Origin: Phycisphaerae bacterium
Lineage (GTDB): Bacteria > Planctomycetota > Phycisphaerae > UBA1845
Direction: 5' to 3'
DNA length: 64,000 nt
Assembly (NCBI GenBank): GCA_029260015.1
Contig: JAJDEB010000008.1
Span: forward strand, 68,937-132,936
Part shown: piece after piece, positions 27,977 through 37,377 of the stretch
How positions within the stretch are numbered: position 1 is the stretch's first letter
Layout of the letters: each line of letters starts with the position of its first letter
Translations under genes and position numbers: made by a program
The notes under the pieces: generated by a model
The model's database searches: none
What the model was told of the DNA's origin: nothing
Seen by the model: only the letters and a program-made list of their open reading frames with translations

Positions 27977-28717
27977 TTGAAAGAACGACGAATCGCAGTC
28001 ATTGAAGACGAAGCGGCGATACGACGCGGTATCTGCGACATGCTGCGCGTTGGTGGATACACGCCCGTCGAAGCGGCTGACGGTGAAGAAGGGGTTGTCG
28101 CGGCCCGCACGTCGGGCGTTGTGCTCGTCCTTCTCGACCTGATGCTTCCCAAGATGGACGGGATGCAGGTCCTCGAAGAGGTCCGTAAGTCGCATCCGAC
28201 CCTGCCGGTCATTATCCTCACCGCGCGCGGTGCTGAAAATGATCGCGTGCAGGGACTCAAACGCGGCGCTGACGATTACGTCGTCAAACCGTTTTCCGCG
28301 CGCGAACTTCTAGCGCGGATCGAAGCCGTTCTGCGACGAACGCCTGCTCGCCCGACCGCGGTTTCATCCGTCGTGGCTGGTGGAGTCAAAGTTGACTTTG
28401 ACCGGCGCGAAGTTGTTTTCCCAAACGATGAACGTCGCAAACTTTCAGAGATGGAAGCCGGCATCCTCGAATTCTTGACCTCCAACCCCGGAAGAGTCAT
28501 CACCCGCGAAGAACTACTCACCCGTGTCTGGGGCATTTCTGCAGACGCTTCGGATACGCGTGCCGTCGATATGCATGTCACTCGATTGCGCACCAAACTC
28601 ACTGCTCCCGACGACACAATCACCGTTGAATGGATTTCGACGGTGCGCGGTAAGGGGTACATGCTCGGACCAACCGTGGCTGACGCAGTGATGGCCGAAG
28701 GGAATGCCATCCCATGA
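27977..28717 (+). CDS. OmpR-family response regulator
   Basis: Receiver domain (RIAVIEDEAAIRRG...VLLDLMLPKMDG...PVIILTARG) and winged-helix output (LTRVWG...DTRAVDMHVTRLRTKL). TTG start at 27977, 9 nt after AAGGAGA. The longer ORF from 27878 has no family support. Confidence 0.9.
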   Translation: MKERRIAVIEDEAAIRRGICDMLRVGGYTPVEAADGEEGVVAARTSGVVLVLLDLMLPKMDGMQVLEEVRKSHPTLPVIILTARGAENDRVQGLKRGADDYVVKPFSARELLARIEAVLRRTPARPTAVSSVVAGGVKVDFDRREVVFPNDERRKLSEMEAGILEFLTSNPGRVITREELLTRVWGISADASDTRAVDMHVTRLRTKLTAPDDTITVEWISTVRGKGYMLGPTVADAVMAEGNAIP

Positions 28718-30675
28718 GTTGGATCGCCAAGAGCGGAAGATGGGCGTACATCACATTTGGTGCGCTGTGTCTGCTCGTCGTTGGGATCCTGACTTGGGCG
28801 ACCGTCGTGTCGCTACACCTTGATCAAAAGCAGCAATCGGAATCGCAGCAAAAAGCCCACGATAACCGGGTGCGCTTGGCCATCAACCAGATGGAAAGCT
28901 GGGCGAACCCTATTCTGTTCAGCGAATTTCGACGTGATTACGCAGATTACTCTGCGATTTATGTTCCTGATGAGATACGTTTAAAGTCCGGCGAAATGCT
29001 CGCCCCCGCGACGTTTGTACAACTGTCGAGCCTTCTGACCCAACCGTCCCGCTATGACTGGTTTCTGCTTTATTTCCAGATGTCGCCCGAGGGGGGGTTC
29101 GGTTCGCCCCAAATTCCTCCGGATTTCGCGCGCCATTGGCCCGGAGCATTCGATGAGTCGAACGCTCTGGATTGGATCAAGTACGAATCTCGTTTGATCT
29201 CTCTTGCCTATACGTTTGCCCGAAATGAGTTAACTCAGGTATATGACGCCAAACGCGGACTGCTCGGCGATTCAAATGGAGCCGGCGAAGAAAATGGCGA
29301 TGGGGATGAAAGTGGCGCTGGCGACGAACCAAGTTCGGCCACACTCGCAACCAGCGAAGTCTCCCGCCCCTATGTCCGAGACGGTACCGATTATCATTGG
29401 CGACGTCGCAATGTGCGCAAGCTTCAGCGCCTACAGACGCCACGCATCGTTTGCACTCCCGAGCAAGTCGCAGCCGCCAACCTCACCGACATGTCGGCGC
29501 AGGAGGTGGCTGATGCCAACGAAGACGAGGACAGCGTTGTCGGTATTCGCTATGAAAACATGGTGCCCCTCTGGACGGAGCTGGCAGGTAGAACCACCAA
29601 GGATCTCATGTTTCTCAGAGGTCTGGATGTGGGCGGTGCCCGAGTCTTTCAGGGTTTCATCATCGATTGGCCGCGTTTTAGAAGTGAACTCCTGGCTCAG
29701 GTATCTGATTTGTTCCCGAGTGCCCAAATCGAAATTCTGGAAGACGTTGAGGAATCGCCCGACGATGCCATCTTGAGCTTGCTTCCGGCGCGCTTTGTTC
29801 CGAATACACCGCAGGTCGCCCATGCAGGAACGCGGTGGAATCACACGCATTCGTTTTTGCTGATGGGCTGGTGCGGTTCAATCCTGCTGCTCATCGCGAT
29901 CGGGATCGGGTTGCGATCGATGTTGCATTTGTCGGAGCGCCGATCGCAGTTTGCTTATGCTGTCACACATGAACTGCGAACCCCGCTGACCACCTTTCAA
30001 CTGTATACCGACATGCTCGCGAACGGATTGGTCGCCGATTCAAGCCGGCAGGAATACCTTGAAACGTTGAATCAGGAATCGCGACGTTTGTCGGGTCTGG
30101 TGTCGGGTGTACTTGAACATTCGAGAATTGAAAATGGTTCAGTACCGGTTTCAAAAGACTGGGTCCCAGTGTCTGAAATTCTGGAAGAAGTGCGGAGTGC
30201 TCAGGAACCCTGGGCAACCAAGTCTGGCGCTCAACTCACTTTTGCGAACAACGCGCCCGATATGTGCGTCCTAACCGATAGCCGGCTCACTGTTCAGATC
30301 TTGGGCAACCTGATCGATAACGCTTGCAAATATGGCCGCAACGGTGAATCCGCCCAAGTCACTGTGACGGGTCGACTTTTTGAAGGCAAGTGCGCTTTTG
30401 AAGTCACCGACCAGGGACCGGGAGTCCCGTCACGATTACGATCAACGATTTTCAAACCATATCAACGCGGTGCGCAGCACGCCACAACGGTAACGGGTGG
30501 CATCGGATTGGGGCTGGCGCTCTCAAGAAGCTGGGCCAAAATGCTCGGCGGCCAACTAGAATTGGTCGCCAGTGCAAAAGGCAATGGCGCACGGTTTCGC
30601 TTGACGCTGGAATCCGGCGACAAAAAACCAGTCAGACCGCACCAATCCACCCAAGGTGGCATCGGTTCCGTATAG
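28714..30675 (+). CDS. Sensor histidine kinase (HisKA + HATPase_c) with a large extracytoplasmic N-terminal domain
   Basis: Its ATG overlaps the response-regulator stop (ATGA). TM1 is at about aa 9-31 and TM2 at about aa 380-402. H-box FAYAVTHELRTPLTT, N-box LIDNACKYG, G1 DQGPGVP, G2 GGIGLGLALS. Confidence 0.9.
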   Translation: MSWIAKSGRWAYITFGALCLLVVGILTWATVVSLHLDQKQQSESQQKAHDNRVRLAINQMESWANPILFSEFRRDYADYSAIYVPDEIRLKSGEMLAPATFVQLSSLLTQPSRYDWFLLYFQMSPEGGFGSPQIPPDFARHWPGAFDESNALDWIKYESRLISLAYTFARNELTQVYDAKRGLLGDSNGAGEENGDGDESGAGDEPSSATLATSEVSRPYVRDGTDYHWRRRNVRKLQRLQTPRIVCTPEQVAAANLTDMSAQEVADANEDEDSVVGIRYENMVPLWTELAGRTTKDLMFLRGLDVGGARVFQGFIIDWPRFRSELLAQVSDLFPSAQIEILEDVEESPDDAILSLLPARFVPNTPQVAHAGTRWNHTHSFLLMGWCGSILLLIAIGIGLRSMLHLSERRSQFAYAVTHELRTPLTTFQLYTDMLANGLVADSSRQEYLETLNQESRRLSGLVSGVLEHSRIENGSVPVSKDWVPVSEILEEVRSAQEPWATKSGAQLTFANNAPDMCVLTDSRLTVQILGNLIDNACKYGRNGESAQVTVTGRLFEGKCAFEVTDQGPGVPSRLRSTIFKPYQRGAQHATTVTGGIGLGLALSRSWAKMLGGQLELVASAKGNGARFRLTLESGDKKPVRPHQSTQGGIGSV

Positions 30676-30718
30676 CTCTCATCCTCTAGAATTCATTCGT
30701 GTGACGTAAACGGACTGT

Positions 30719-31075
30719 CTACCCGTCGTCAGAATCGTCTTCTGCGCCCGGGCTGTTGTCTGCTGAGCCGGCGGCGGTGTTGATGTGTTCGGAGCGTTCT
30801 GCGACTTTACGGTAGCCCAGGTAATGGACCAACTCGAAGATTTCTGAAATGGTGGGATAGGGGCGATCATTGATGCGTTTGTATTCATCGACGACCATGA
30901 CGAATTCCAACAGTTCGTCGGTCAATTCGCCCTCTTCGGCTGCCCGGCGAACTTCACCGCGTCGGCGACCCGGACCACGACGGCGATCCAGCCCCGTGCG
31001 GCGATCGACATTTTGTCTGCGCCGATCGTTGGATTCTTCCGCTCGGCGATCGTTATTGCCAGTGTAGTCGGTCAT
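30719..31075 (-). CDS. Arg-rich hypothetical protein with DRR repeats
   Basis: The Met at 31075 (MTDYTGNNDRR...) is preceded by AGGGAGAG at about 9 nt. Four (N/V/L)DRR(R) repeats sit within about 35 aa (NDRRAEESNDRRRQNVDRRTGLDRRRGPGRRRG), followed by a compact helical C-terminal domain (LTDELLEFVMVVDEYKRINDRPYPTISEIFELVHYLGYRK). Confidence 0.5.
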   Translation of the reverse strand: MTDYTGNNDRRAEESNDRRRQNVDRRTGLDRRRGPGRRRGEVRRAAEEGELTDELLEFVMVVDEYKRINDRPYPTISEIFELVHYLGYRKVAERSEHINTAAGSADNSPGAEDDSDDG

Positions 31076-31270
31076 GGGATCGTTTCTCTCCCTTTCCGGC
31101 GAAACGCCGAACGTCGTATTGATGGCCGACCATTGTCGATTCAAGCCCACAGAGATGCGCAGCCAATAAGTGCCACCGCTCAGAGCAACTGCGCCTGCTA
31201 CCCATCATCCCGGGCAAGTCTGGTGAGTCAATTCAATTCTTCAATCAAGCCACATTCGAATAAGCGACAA

Positions 31271-31699
31271 TTAATCGAGATCGTCGTCCATGTCGTCGGT
31301 GTCGTAATCGTCGTCGAGATCGTCCAGGTCATCCAGATCATCATCGTCGTCGAGATCATCATCGTCCGGAATATCGTCGTCGTCATCCTCTTCCAACTCA
31401 GAATCGAACTCATCGTCTTCGATGCCATCCTCTTCAAAATCGTCTTCATCACTGGCGACGATCTCAGAGGCTATCGTATGCATCAAATCCGGCACCAGAA
31501 CACCAATCCCGCGGGGCAGCGTCGTATACGCGGCTTCTCCGTCAAGATCGTGGTCAAGCATCGTCGGAATATTGTTGTCTTCCAACAATTCCTTAATGCG
31601 TCGAGCGTGCTCCATCTCAGTTGCAAACAAGACGGGTACAAATTCTGGATGGATCGTATCGGTTCCTACTTGCTCAAATTGCATGACTTCGTTCTGCAT
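31271..31699 (-). CDS. DUF2007-like small protein with an extreme poly-Asp/Glu C-terminal tail
   Basis: The N-terminal ~75 aa resemble DUF2007 (FVPVLFATEMEHARRIKELLEDNNIPTMLD). The last ~55 aa are almost entirely D/E (SDEDDFEEDGIEDDEFDSELEEDDDDDIPDDDDLDDDDDLDDLDDLDDDYDTDDMDDDLD). Confidence 0.6.
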   Translation of the reverse strand: MQNEVMQFEQVGTDTIHPEFVPVLFATEMEHARRIKELLEDNNIPTMLDHDLDGEAAYTTLPRGIGVLVPDLMHTIASEIVASDEDDFEEDGIEDDEFDSELEEDDDDDIPDDDDLDDDDDLDDLDDLDDDYDTDDMDDDLD

Positions 31700-31848
31700 G
31701 TGACAGTTCGCCCCCTGTCTAATTCTTTTGATTCTGATTGGACAAACAACCGCATACGGAGTGCCGCAACTGCACTCCTTCTTAAACCATTACAACCGAT
31801 CGCACTTGAGTCTCTTGACGCTCATCTCTGCGATAAACCTTGCGATCG

Positions 31849-32769
31849 TTACTGATTCTCAAGCTCGCGGCACAACCGCGCCGCTTCTATCTGATCATCA
31901 ACAGCACGTTTCAGATCACGTCGTTCCGCAAGCTTTCCGAGCATATTGGCCCGCCCGATTTCCGATTCGGTAACGGATTCCTGCCCATCTCGCAAGTCCG
32001 CGTCCGACCTGGGCAGAAATTTGTTGCCAGCCCCATTTTCCGCAGAGGTCAGGTAGATCAAATCACCGGTCACCGCCCAAGCGAGTTTGAAACGCTCAGT
32101 CATCAACGACATGCAAGTATCCAAGTCCACATCGTCCAATGAAAGCGTCAATCGTTCTACCAAAACGCCATCGGTAGATATCTCACAATGGCTTGAATAA
32201 ACAATGACCACGTCGAACGCAAGGGCCATCGCCTTGACCGACTCAAGCAGTGAGGCATCCTCCAATTCGACGTCACCAATGGGCGTTCCCTCAGCCAGTT
32301 TTCCTTCCGCACCGGTGAGCGCTTCCCCACGTTGACGAGCGTCCGACGCAATCAACCCCGGAACCCGAACCGCCTCCATCCAAATGCTGGTGCGCCCGGT
32401 TGTCCAGCCAGTCAATCCATACACGGACTCAACCAGTTGGGTCGCCTGAGCAATGCTGACCGAGTCAGCGGTACAGTGCAATCGCGCGGGTCGGCTTCCG
32501 CCCTGCTCATTCGCGCGAATTGCGAATGCAACGTCCGCTTGTTCGCAGATGCGTTCAATTAACTGTGCGCACGTTAGTCCCCCTGCCTCCCATCGAACCC
32601 CGCCTACGTCTTGCGGGCGTTCTGCCGCAACATCCCCGACAACGGCGAATGACGGAATCGGTGATAACCCGAACCAAATGCACAAGACCAGTTGAACGCT
32701 GAAAATCATATTCAATGTCGCCTCCAGATTGGCGGTTGGATTTTGACGCACCGATACCGAGCCTGTCAA
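31849..32769 (-). CDS. Hypothetical exported protein
   Basis: Long ORF with protein-like composition and an internal signal-like segment (MIFSVQLVLCIWFGLSPIPSFA). No recognisable motif. It lies upstream of, and on the same strand as, the acidic and basic small genes. Confidence 0.5.
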   Translation of the reverse strand: MTGSVSVRQNPTANLEATLNMIFSVQLVLCIWFGLSPIPSFAVVGDVAAERPQDVGGVRWEAGGLTCAQLIERICEQADVAFAIRANEQGGSRPARLHCTADSVSIAQATQLVESVYGLTGWTTGRTSIWMEAVRVPGLIASDARQRGEALTGAEGKLAEGTPIGDVELEDASLLESVKAMALAFDVVIVYSSHCEISTDGVLVERLTLSLDDVDLDTCMSLMTERFKLAWAVTGDLIYLTSAENGAGNKFLPRSDADLRDGQESVTESEIGRANMLGKLAERRDLKRAVDDQIEAARLCRELENQ

Positions 32770-32915
32770 CTACAACTTGCACGCGATTCCATCATGGCCA
32801 ACGATCCGTATTGCCCATACCATGAAACCATGAAACCGGTTTCTTCTTGGATGCGCGGTATTGGAGGCCAACCGTAAATCAGCTTGCCGGATGAAGTACC
32901 AGAATATCGAGACGC

Positions 32916-33569
32916 ATGATGAATGAGCAAGAATTCAATCACCCGGACAAATCCAACCCAGCCGAGGATTCAGGACGCAGCCCTGACTCAGAAAGCTTGC
33001 GTCCAAGAGTCACCGGTCAACCCTTGGCTTCACCAGATTCAACAAAGGCAGCTGCCGATTCGGCTGGTCCCGAACTTGAAGGTCACATTTGGCAAGGTCG
33101 AACCGATTGGCGATATTACGCAGGGATCTGTACCGCGTCCGCTTGTGCGATCGTGATTGCGTGGGTTATCGTGATCTACACAGCGTCGCACACGTCGCTT
33201 ACGGGTGGATGGGCGTTTCTAATCTGCGTGATGATCACCGCTCTGGTTGCGATGGGGGTCGGGCTATGGATCCTCGTTCAAATCGTGCGGACCCGCTACC
33301 GACTGACCGATCAGCGATTGTTCATTGAGCGCGGAGTCTTCTCGCAGACGATCGACCAGATCGAATTGATCCGTGTCGATGACGTTCGCGTTCGCAAGAA
33401 ATTCGTCGATCGGCTGCTGGGGTTGGGGTCGGTTGAACTTTTGACCACCGACACTTCAGACGCACATCTGGTGATCGTTGGTATCCGAACTCCTGAAAAG
33501 ATCGCAGAGCACATCCGCACCCGCATGCGAGAACTGCGAAGTCGTTCGCTGTTCATAGAAAACTTGTAG
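32916..33569 (+). CDS. Membrane protein with bacterial PH domain (bPH_2 / YdbT-like)
   Basis: Two TM helices followed by YRLTDQRLFIERGVFSQTIDQIELIRVDDVRVRKKFVDRLLGLGSVEL, which is characteristic of PF03703-type domains. Confidence 0.75.
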   Translation: MMNEQEFNHPDKSNPAEDSGRSPDSESLRPRVTGQPLASPDSTKAAADSAGPELEGHIWQGRTDWRYYAGICTASACAIVIAWVIVIYTASHTSLTGGWAFLICVMITALVAMGVGLWILVQIVRTRYRLTDQRLFIERGVFSQTIDQIELIRVDDVRVRKKFVDRLLGLGSVELLTTDTSDAHLVIVGIRTPEKIAEHIRTRMRELRSRSLFIENL

Positions 33570-33624
33570 TTGGACGATCTGCCCCACACCGGAAAACCGA
33601 CGCATTGCCTTCCGGGCAAAATCG

Positions 33625-33669
33625 TAAAAAGAAAACACCGGGCTACCCCCAAAGGGGACAGACCCGGTG
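33625..33669 (-). terminator. Rho-independent terminator-like hairpin about 200 nt downstream of the EF-G paralog
   Basis: CACCGGG...CCCGGTG outer stem with an inner CCCC-AAA-GGGG hairpin (33636-33669). On the minus strand it is followed by TTTTCTTTTT (plus-strand A-run 33625-33635). Confidence 0.55.
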
Positions 33670-33870
33670 CTTTCCGGAGGGGAAAAGCTCTATGGAAATC
33701 GCCGTCTGGCGAACGTCCGCATAACCTATGTCACTGAGATTATTAGGCCGCAGCAAACCGGAAAGCAAATTCCCTTCCTTTTATTTTACAGAATGTTACG
33801 TCGCAATATCACGAATCGACATATCGCTAAAGCAAAACTTTATGCTGGTTATCGCAACGACATTTCGGGC

Positions 33871-35892
33871 CTAGGACTCGCTTTCCTTTTGGCTCTGAGC
33901 GATGACCTGCTGGGCCACATTTGCCGGCACCGATTCGTAATGCGAGAACTCCAACGTGAAACTGCCCTGCCCACCGGTGATGCTCGATAGTCGCGAATTA
34001 TAATCGGACAGTTCAGCCAACGGCACCAACGCCGATAGCATCGACAGTCCACCCGGCAGCGCCTTCTGCCCTTGCGGTCGTCCACGATGGGAGGCCAGGT
34101 CACCCTGGATGTCGCCCACAGTGTCTCGCGGCACGGTCACCTCGACCTCGACGATCGGTTCGAGCAGCGTCGGCTTGGATTTCATGAACGCTTCTCTGAA
34201 CGCTCCCTTGCCGGCGATTTGAAACGCGATGTCTTTACTATCCACCGGGTGCGTTTTGCCGTCGATCAATTCGACCGTCACATCGACGATGGGATAGCCA
34301 GCCAGCACACCTTCGGTCATCTGACCGCGGATACCCTTGTCCACACTGACGCGATACGTTTGATCGATCGCCCCACCGAAAATCTTGTCGACGAATTGAT
34401 AACCCTCACCGCGTTCACTGGGGAACATGTTGATGATCACCCGCCCAAACTGACCCGAACCACCAGATTGTTTCTTGTGCGTGTACTCAATGCTGTCGGC
34501 GCGGCCGGTGATGGTTTCGCGATATGGAATCTTCGGCGGTTTCGTGACAACCTCCAGTTTGAACTGGTGGGACATCCGCTTCAGTACGGTGCGAATGTGC
34601 AAGTCACCGATACCGTGGATGACCAGTTCTTTGGTGATTGAGTCGCGCTCAATATCAAGACAGTAATCTTCTTCCGCAAACTTCTTCAGCGCCAGACCGA
34701 TCTTGTCTTCATCGCCGTGCGTTTTAGATTCGATGGCTTTGGCGTACATCGGCATCGGTCGTTTGGGCATGGCAATATCGCCGCCGTTGTCGGTGAACAC
34801 TGCGTCGCCAATGTGAAAATCGTGCTTTGCGACCGCCACGATATCGCCGGCTGACGCCGCATCAATATCTTTGTGTTCACCGCCTTGAAAGCGGCTGATA
34901 TGACCGAGTCGCGTACCCTTGCGATCTTCGATGGTCTTGACCGCTGCGTCACCGGCAACACTTCCGGTATGCACGCGAATAAACGAGTATTTGATGTGGC
35001 TTTTCGGATCGCTTATCACTTTGAAGACCTGCCCGACAAAGGGTCCGTCGGCCTTCGGTATGATCTCGATTTTTTCGTCTTCGCGGGTCAGGACACGCTT
35101 TTTACCGAGCAGCGGTGAGGGCGCAATTTTGACGATGGCATTGAGCAGTTCCGGGCATCCGACTTCTTTTAATGCGTTGGTAAAGAGGACGGGAACAAAT
35201 TCGCCCGCCACACAGGCCTTCGCTGCAACGACCAGCACATCCTCGTCGGAAACCTCACCACCGAGATACTTTTCCATCAGCGTGTCATCGACGCCGACGA
35301 TGGCTTCGATGGCGGCTTCGTGGGCGCTGGGGATGTCACCGAAATCCGACTCGCCGGTTTTGTTCTTGAAACATCCGGTCACATCTGTTCCGCCGCCCTT
35401 TGGCAAATTGATCGGAACGCATTCACTGCCGAAGAACTCTTGAATCGTTTCGAGTAATTCTTCGAGGTTGGTATTGTCGGCGTCGATTTTGTTGACGACG
35501 ATCATGCGCGCCATGCCATAGTTGGTGGCCCGCTCCCACATTTTGCGGGTATTGACTTCAATGCCAGCGGCTGCCGAAACGACCAGAATCGCCGTTTCTG
35601 CACCGGCAAGGGCCGCGACCGCCTGCCCGCAGTAGTCTGTCGCCCCGGGCGTATCGATGATGTTGACGTGTTTGCCGTCGTGTTGAATGCAGCAAACGCT
35701 GGAATCGATCGAGTGCGCTGCTTCCTTTTCATCTTCGGCAAAATCAAAAATAGATGTTTTGTCTACGACCGATCCAAGGCGATTGGTCGCCCCGGATTTG
35801 TAAAGCAAAGACTCCGCGAGGGAAGTTTTGCCGGCACCGGAATGCCCAACGAACACGATGTTGCGAATATCCGCGATTGGAATTGTGGCCAT
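33871..35892 (-). CDS. Elongation factor G paralog (EF-G2-like translational GTPase)
   Basis: Full five-domain length (673 aa). G1 VGHSGAGKTSLAE instead of the canonical AHIDAGKTT, G3 IIDTPGATDY, G4 VNKID. It is not in an rpsL-rpsG-fusA-tuf context. Confidence 0.9.
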   Translation of the reverse strand: MATIPIADIRNIVFVGHSGAGKTSLAESLLYKSGATNRLGSVVDKTSIFDFAEDEKEAAHSIDSSVCCIQHDGKHVNIIDTPGATDYCGQAVAALAGAETAILVVSAAAGIEVNTRKMWERATNYGMARMIVVNKIDADNTNLEELLETIQEFFGSECVPINLPKGGGTDVTGCFKNKTGESDFGDIPSAHEAAIEAIVGVDDTLMEKYLGGEVSDEDVLVVAAKACVAGEFVPVLFTNALKEVGCPELLNAIVKIAPSPLLGKKRVLTREDEKIEIIPKADGPFVGQVFKVISDPKSHIKYSFIRVHTGSVAGDAAVKTIEDRKGTRLGHISRFQGGEHKDIDAASAGDIVAVAKHDFHIGDAVFTDNGGDIAMPKRPMPMYAKAIESKTHGDEDKIGLALKKFAEEDYCLDIERDSITKELVIHGIGDLHIRTVLKRMSHQFKLEVVTKPPKIPYRETITGRADSIEYTHKKQSGGSGQFGRVIINMFPSERGEGYQFVDKIFGGAIDQTYRVSVDKGIRGQMTEGVLAGYPIVDVTVELIDGKTHPVDSKDIAFQIAGKGAFREAFMKSKPTLLEPIVEVEVTVPRDTVGDIQGDLASHRGRPQGQKALPGGLSMLSALVPLAELSDYNSRLSSITGGQGSFTLEFSHYESVPANVAQQVIAQSQKESES

Positions 35893-36197
35893 CCATCCAC
35901 TCCTCGAAAAGACGTGAGAATATTGTCATGTTTGGCGAAGTGGAACAGTTTAGCCGAGAAAGTGCGTCGCTGGCAATACGTCGAAAACCTGGCGAAATAT
36001 TCGGTTTTGCGACGACCGCAAACGTCTCTGATTGTTGGATTGCACTAGGGGTATGGTTTTCCACAATATCATGCTGGCTGCGCCTGTAACCCACGCGCAA
36101 CTCGATTCGAGGGAATTGACTCCCGGTACGTTCATAGCCATCATCATTTGAAAGCTTCGTTCGATATGTACGCGAATGGTCTTGGAAGAGGCGAACC

Positions 36198-36788
36198 ATG
36201 TTGCCCAGATTCCTGCAATCCCAGTGCCGCGCCCAGCCCCTTCGAGTGGGCAGGTTGGGTGCGGAGACGTTTGCCGTGGTGGCGATTGGTGCCATCGTCG
36301 GTCTTGTTGGTAATCAGTTGAAGGAATCGGGTAATCGTTTTGACGTCACCCGCGACTATTTCAAGACTGCCAAATCAAGCGGCGCGAAGGAAGTCGAAAT
36401 ATTCCAGTACATCGAACATGCAGAGATGATGGAGGTTTACCAGAGTCCGGCATACGAAGTGGGCCAATGCATTTTCATCGACGCGCGAAACGATGCTGCG
36501 TATTCCGAGAAACACATTCCCGGCGCATACCAACTGGATCATTATTTCGCCGACCGCTATATCACCGAACTTCTTCCCGTATGTGCCGATGCCGAACGAA
36601 TCATCGTGTATTGCAACGGCGGTAAATGCGAAGACAGCAAGCTGGCAGCGATGGACCTCATTGAGAATGGCGTGCTCGCAGACAAGATTTTCATTTACCT
36701 CGGTGGCGTTGTCGCCTGGAGTGAAGATGGCTTGCCATTTGAGCGCGGTGAACGGTTGAGCGGCGATATGACTTATGGCGATGAATAG
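36198..36788 (+). CDS. Membrane-anchored rhodanese-domain protein
   Basis: N-terminal TM (TFAVVAIGAIVGLVG). Rhodanese fold motifs (IFIDARNDAAYSEKHIPGAYQLD; IIVYCNGGKCEDSKLAA with active-site Cys loop; IYLGGVVAW). Confidence 0.75.
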   Translation: MLPRFLQSQCRAQPLRVGRLGAETFAVVAIGAIVGLVGNQLKESGNRFDVTRDYFKTAKSSGAKEVEIFQYIEHAEMMEVYQSPAYEVGQCIFIDARNDAAYSEKHIPGAYQLDHYFADRYITELLPVCADAERIIVYCNGGKCEDSKLAAMDLIENGVLADKIFIYLGGVVAWSEDGLPFERGERLSGDMTYGDE

Positions 36789-37377
36789 CAAACCCATTCA
36801 ATCCGATAACGCCAGGGTGGGCTGGATTCGATTGCTGGATCGATCCGGTTATCCGCTGCTCATTGCGCGATTCGTGCTGGGCGTACTTTTCATCCAGATG
36901 GGTTGGAGCAAGATTGACGATCCGGTCGCCTTTCTAAAACTGCTGCGCGAGTATGAAATGTTTCCGACAGGCGCATTCGTGTTCGAGAACATCATTGCCT
37001 TAACGCTTCCCTGGATCGAAGTGGTTTGCGGTGTGCTCTTGATCGTTGGCTTGTTCGTGCGCGGAGCCGGATTGACACTGCTGCTGATGCTTACCGCGTT
37101 TACAATCGTGATCACGATTCGCGCGATCGGGATGTACAAAACGGGCGACTTTAAGTCCTTCTGCGACGTGGCATTCGACTGCGGATGTGGCGGCGGATTG
37201 ATCGGAATGTGCAGAAAAATCCCTGAAAATTTTGGACTATGGCTGCTCTCCTGGATTCCATTCTTGTCGGCAAGTAGGCGTTTCTGCCTCGCGGGTGTGC
37301 TGGGAAATCGCCCCATATCGGTGGGCGAGGATGCATGCGAATCGCCGAATGTCACAGCAAAATCTAAGCCAACTTAG
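36775..37377 (+). CDS. DoxX/MauE-family membrane protein
   Basis: It overlaps the rhodanese gene by 14 nt. It has four TM helices, and LLIARFVLGVLFIQMGWSKIDDPVAF is typical of DoxX/MauE. The C-terminal cluster FCDVAFDCGCGGGLIGMC is Cys-rich. Confidence 0.65.
   Translation: MAMNSKPIQSDNARVGWIRLLDRSGYPLLIARFVLGVLFIQMGWSKIDDPVAFLKLLREYEMFPTGAFVFENIIALTLPWIEVVCGVLLIVGLFVRGAGLTLLLMLTAFTIVITIRAIGMYKTGDFKSFCDVAFDCGCGGGLIGMCRKIPENFGLWLLSWIPFLSASRRFCLAGVLGNRPISVGEDACESPNVTAKSKPT

Noticed and set aside
31275-31440. A GAT/GAC/GTC-rich short-period repeat that might be taken for a microsatellite or an array.
   Set aside because: It is in frame within a well-supported ORF and encodes the poly-Asp/Glu tail. 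It has no spacer-repeat periodicity, and no CRISPR-like array exists anywhere in the window.
31013-31855. A 280-aa plus-strand ORF rich in Ile/Val repeats (IVVEIVQVIQIIIVVEIIIV).
   Set aside because: It is the antisense reading of the GAT/GAC-rich poly-Asp gene (31271-31699) and spans two real minus-strand genes. It is a compositional artefact.
33667-33990. A 107-aa plus-strand ORF downstream of the bPH-domain gene.
   Set aside because: It overlaps the 3' end of the EF-G paralog antisense, begins inside a terminator hairpin, and has no protein-like features.
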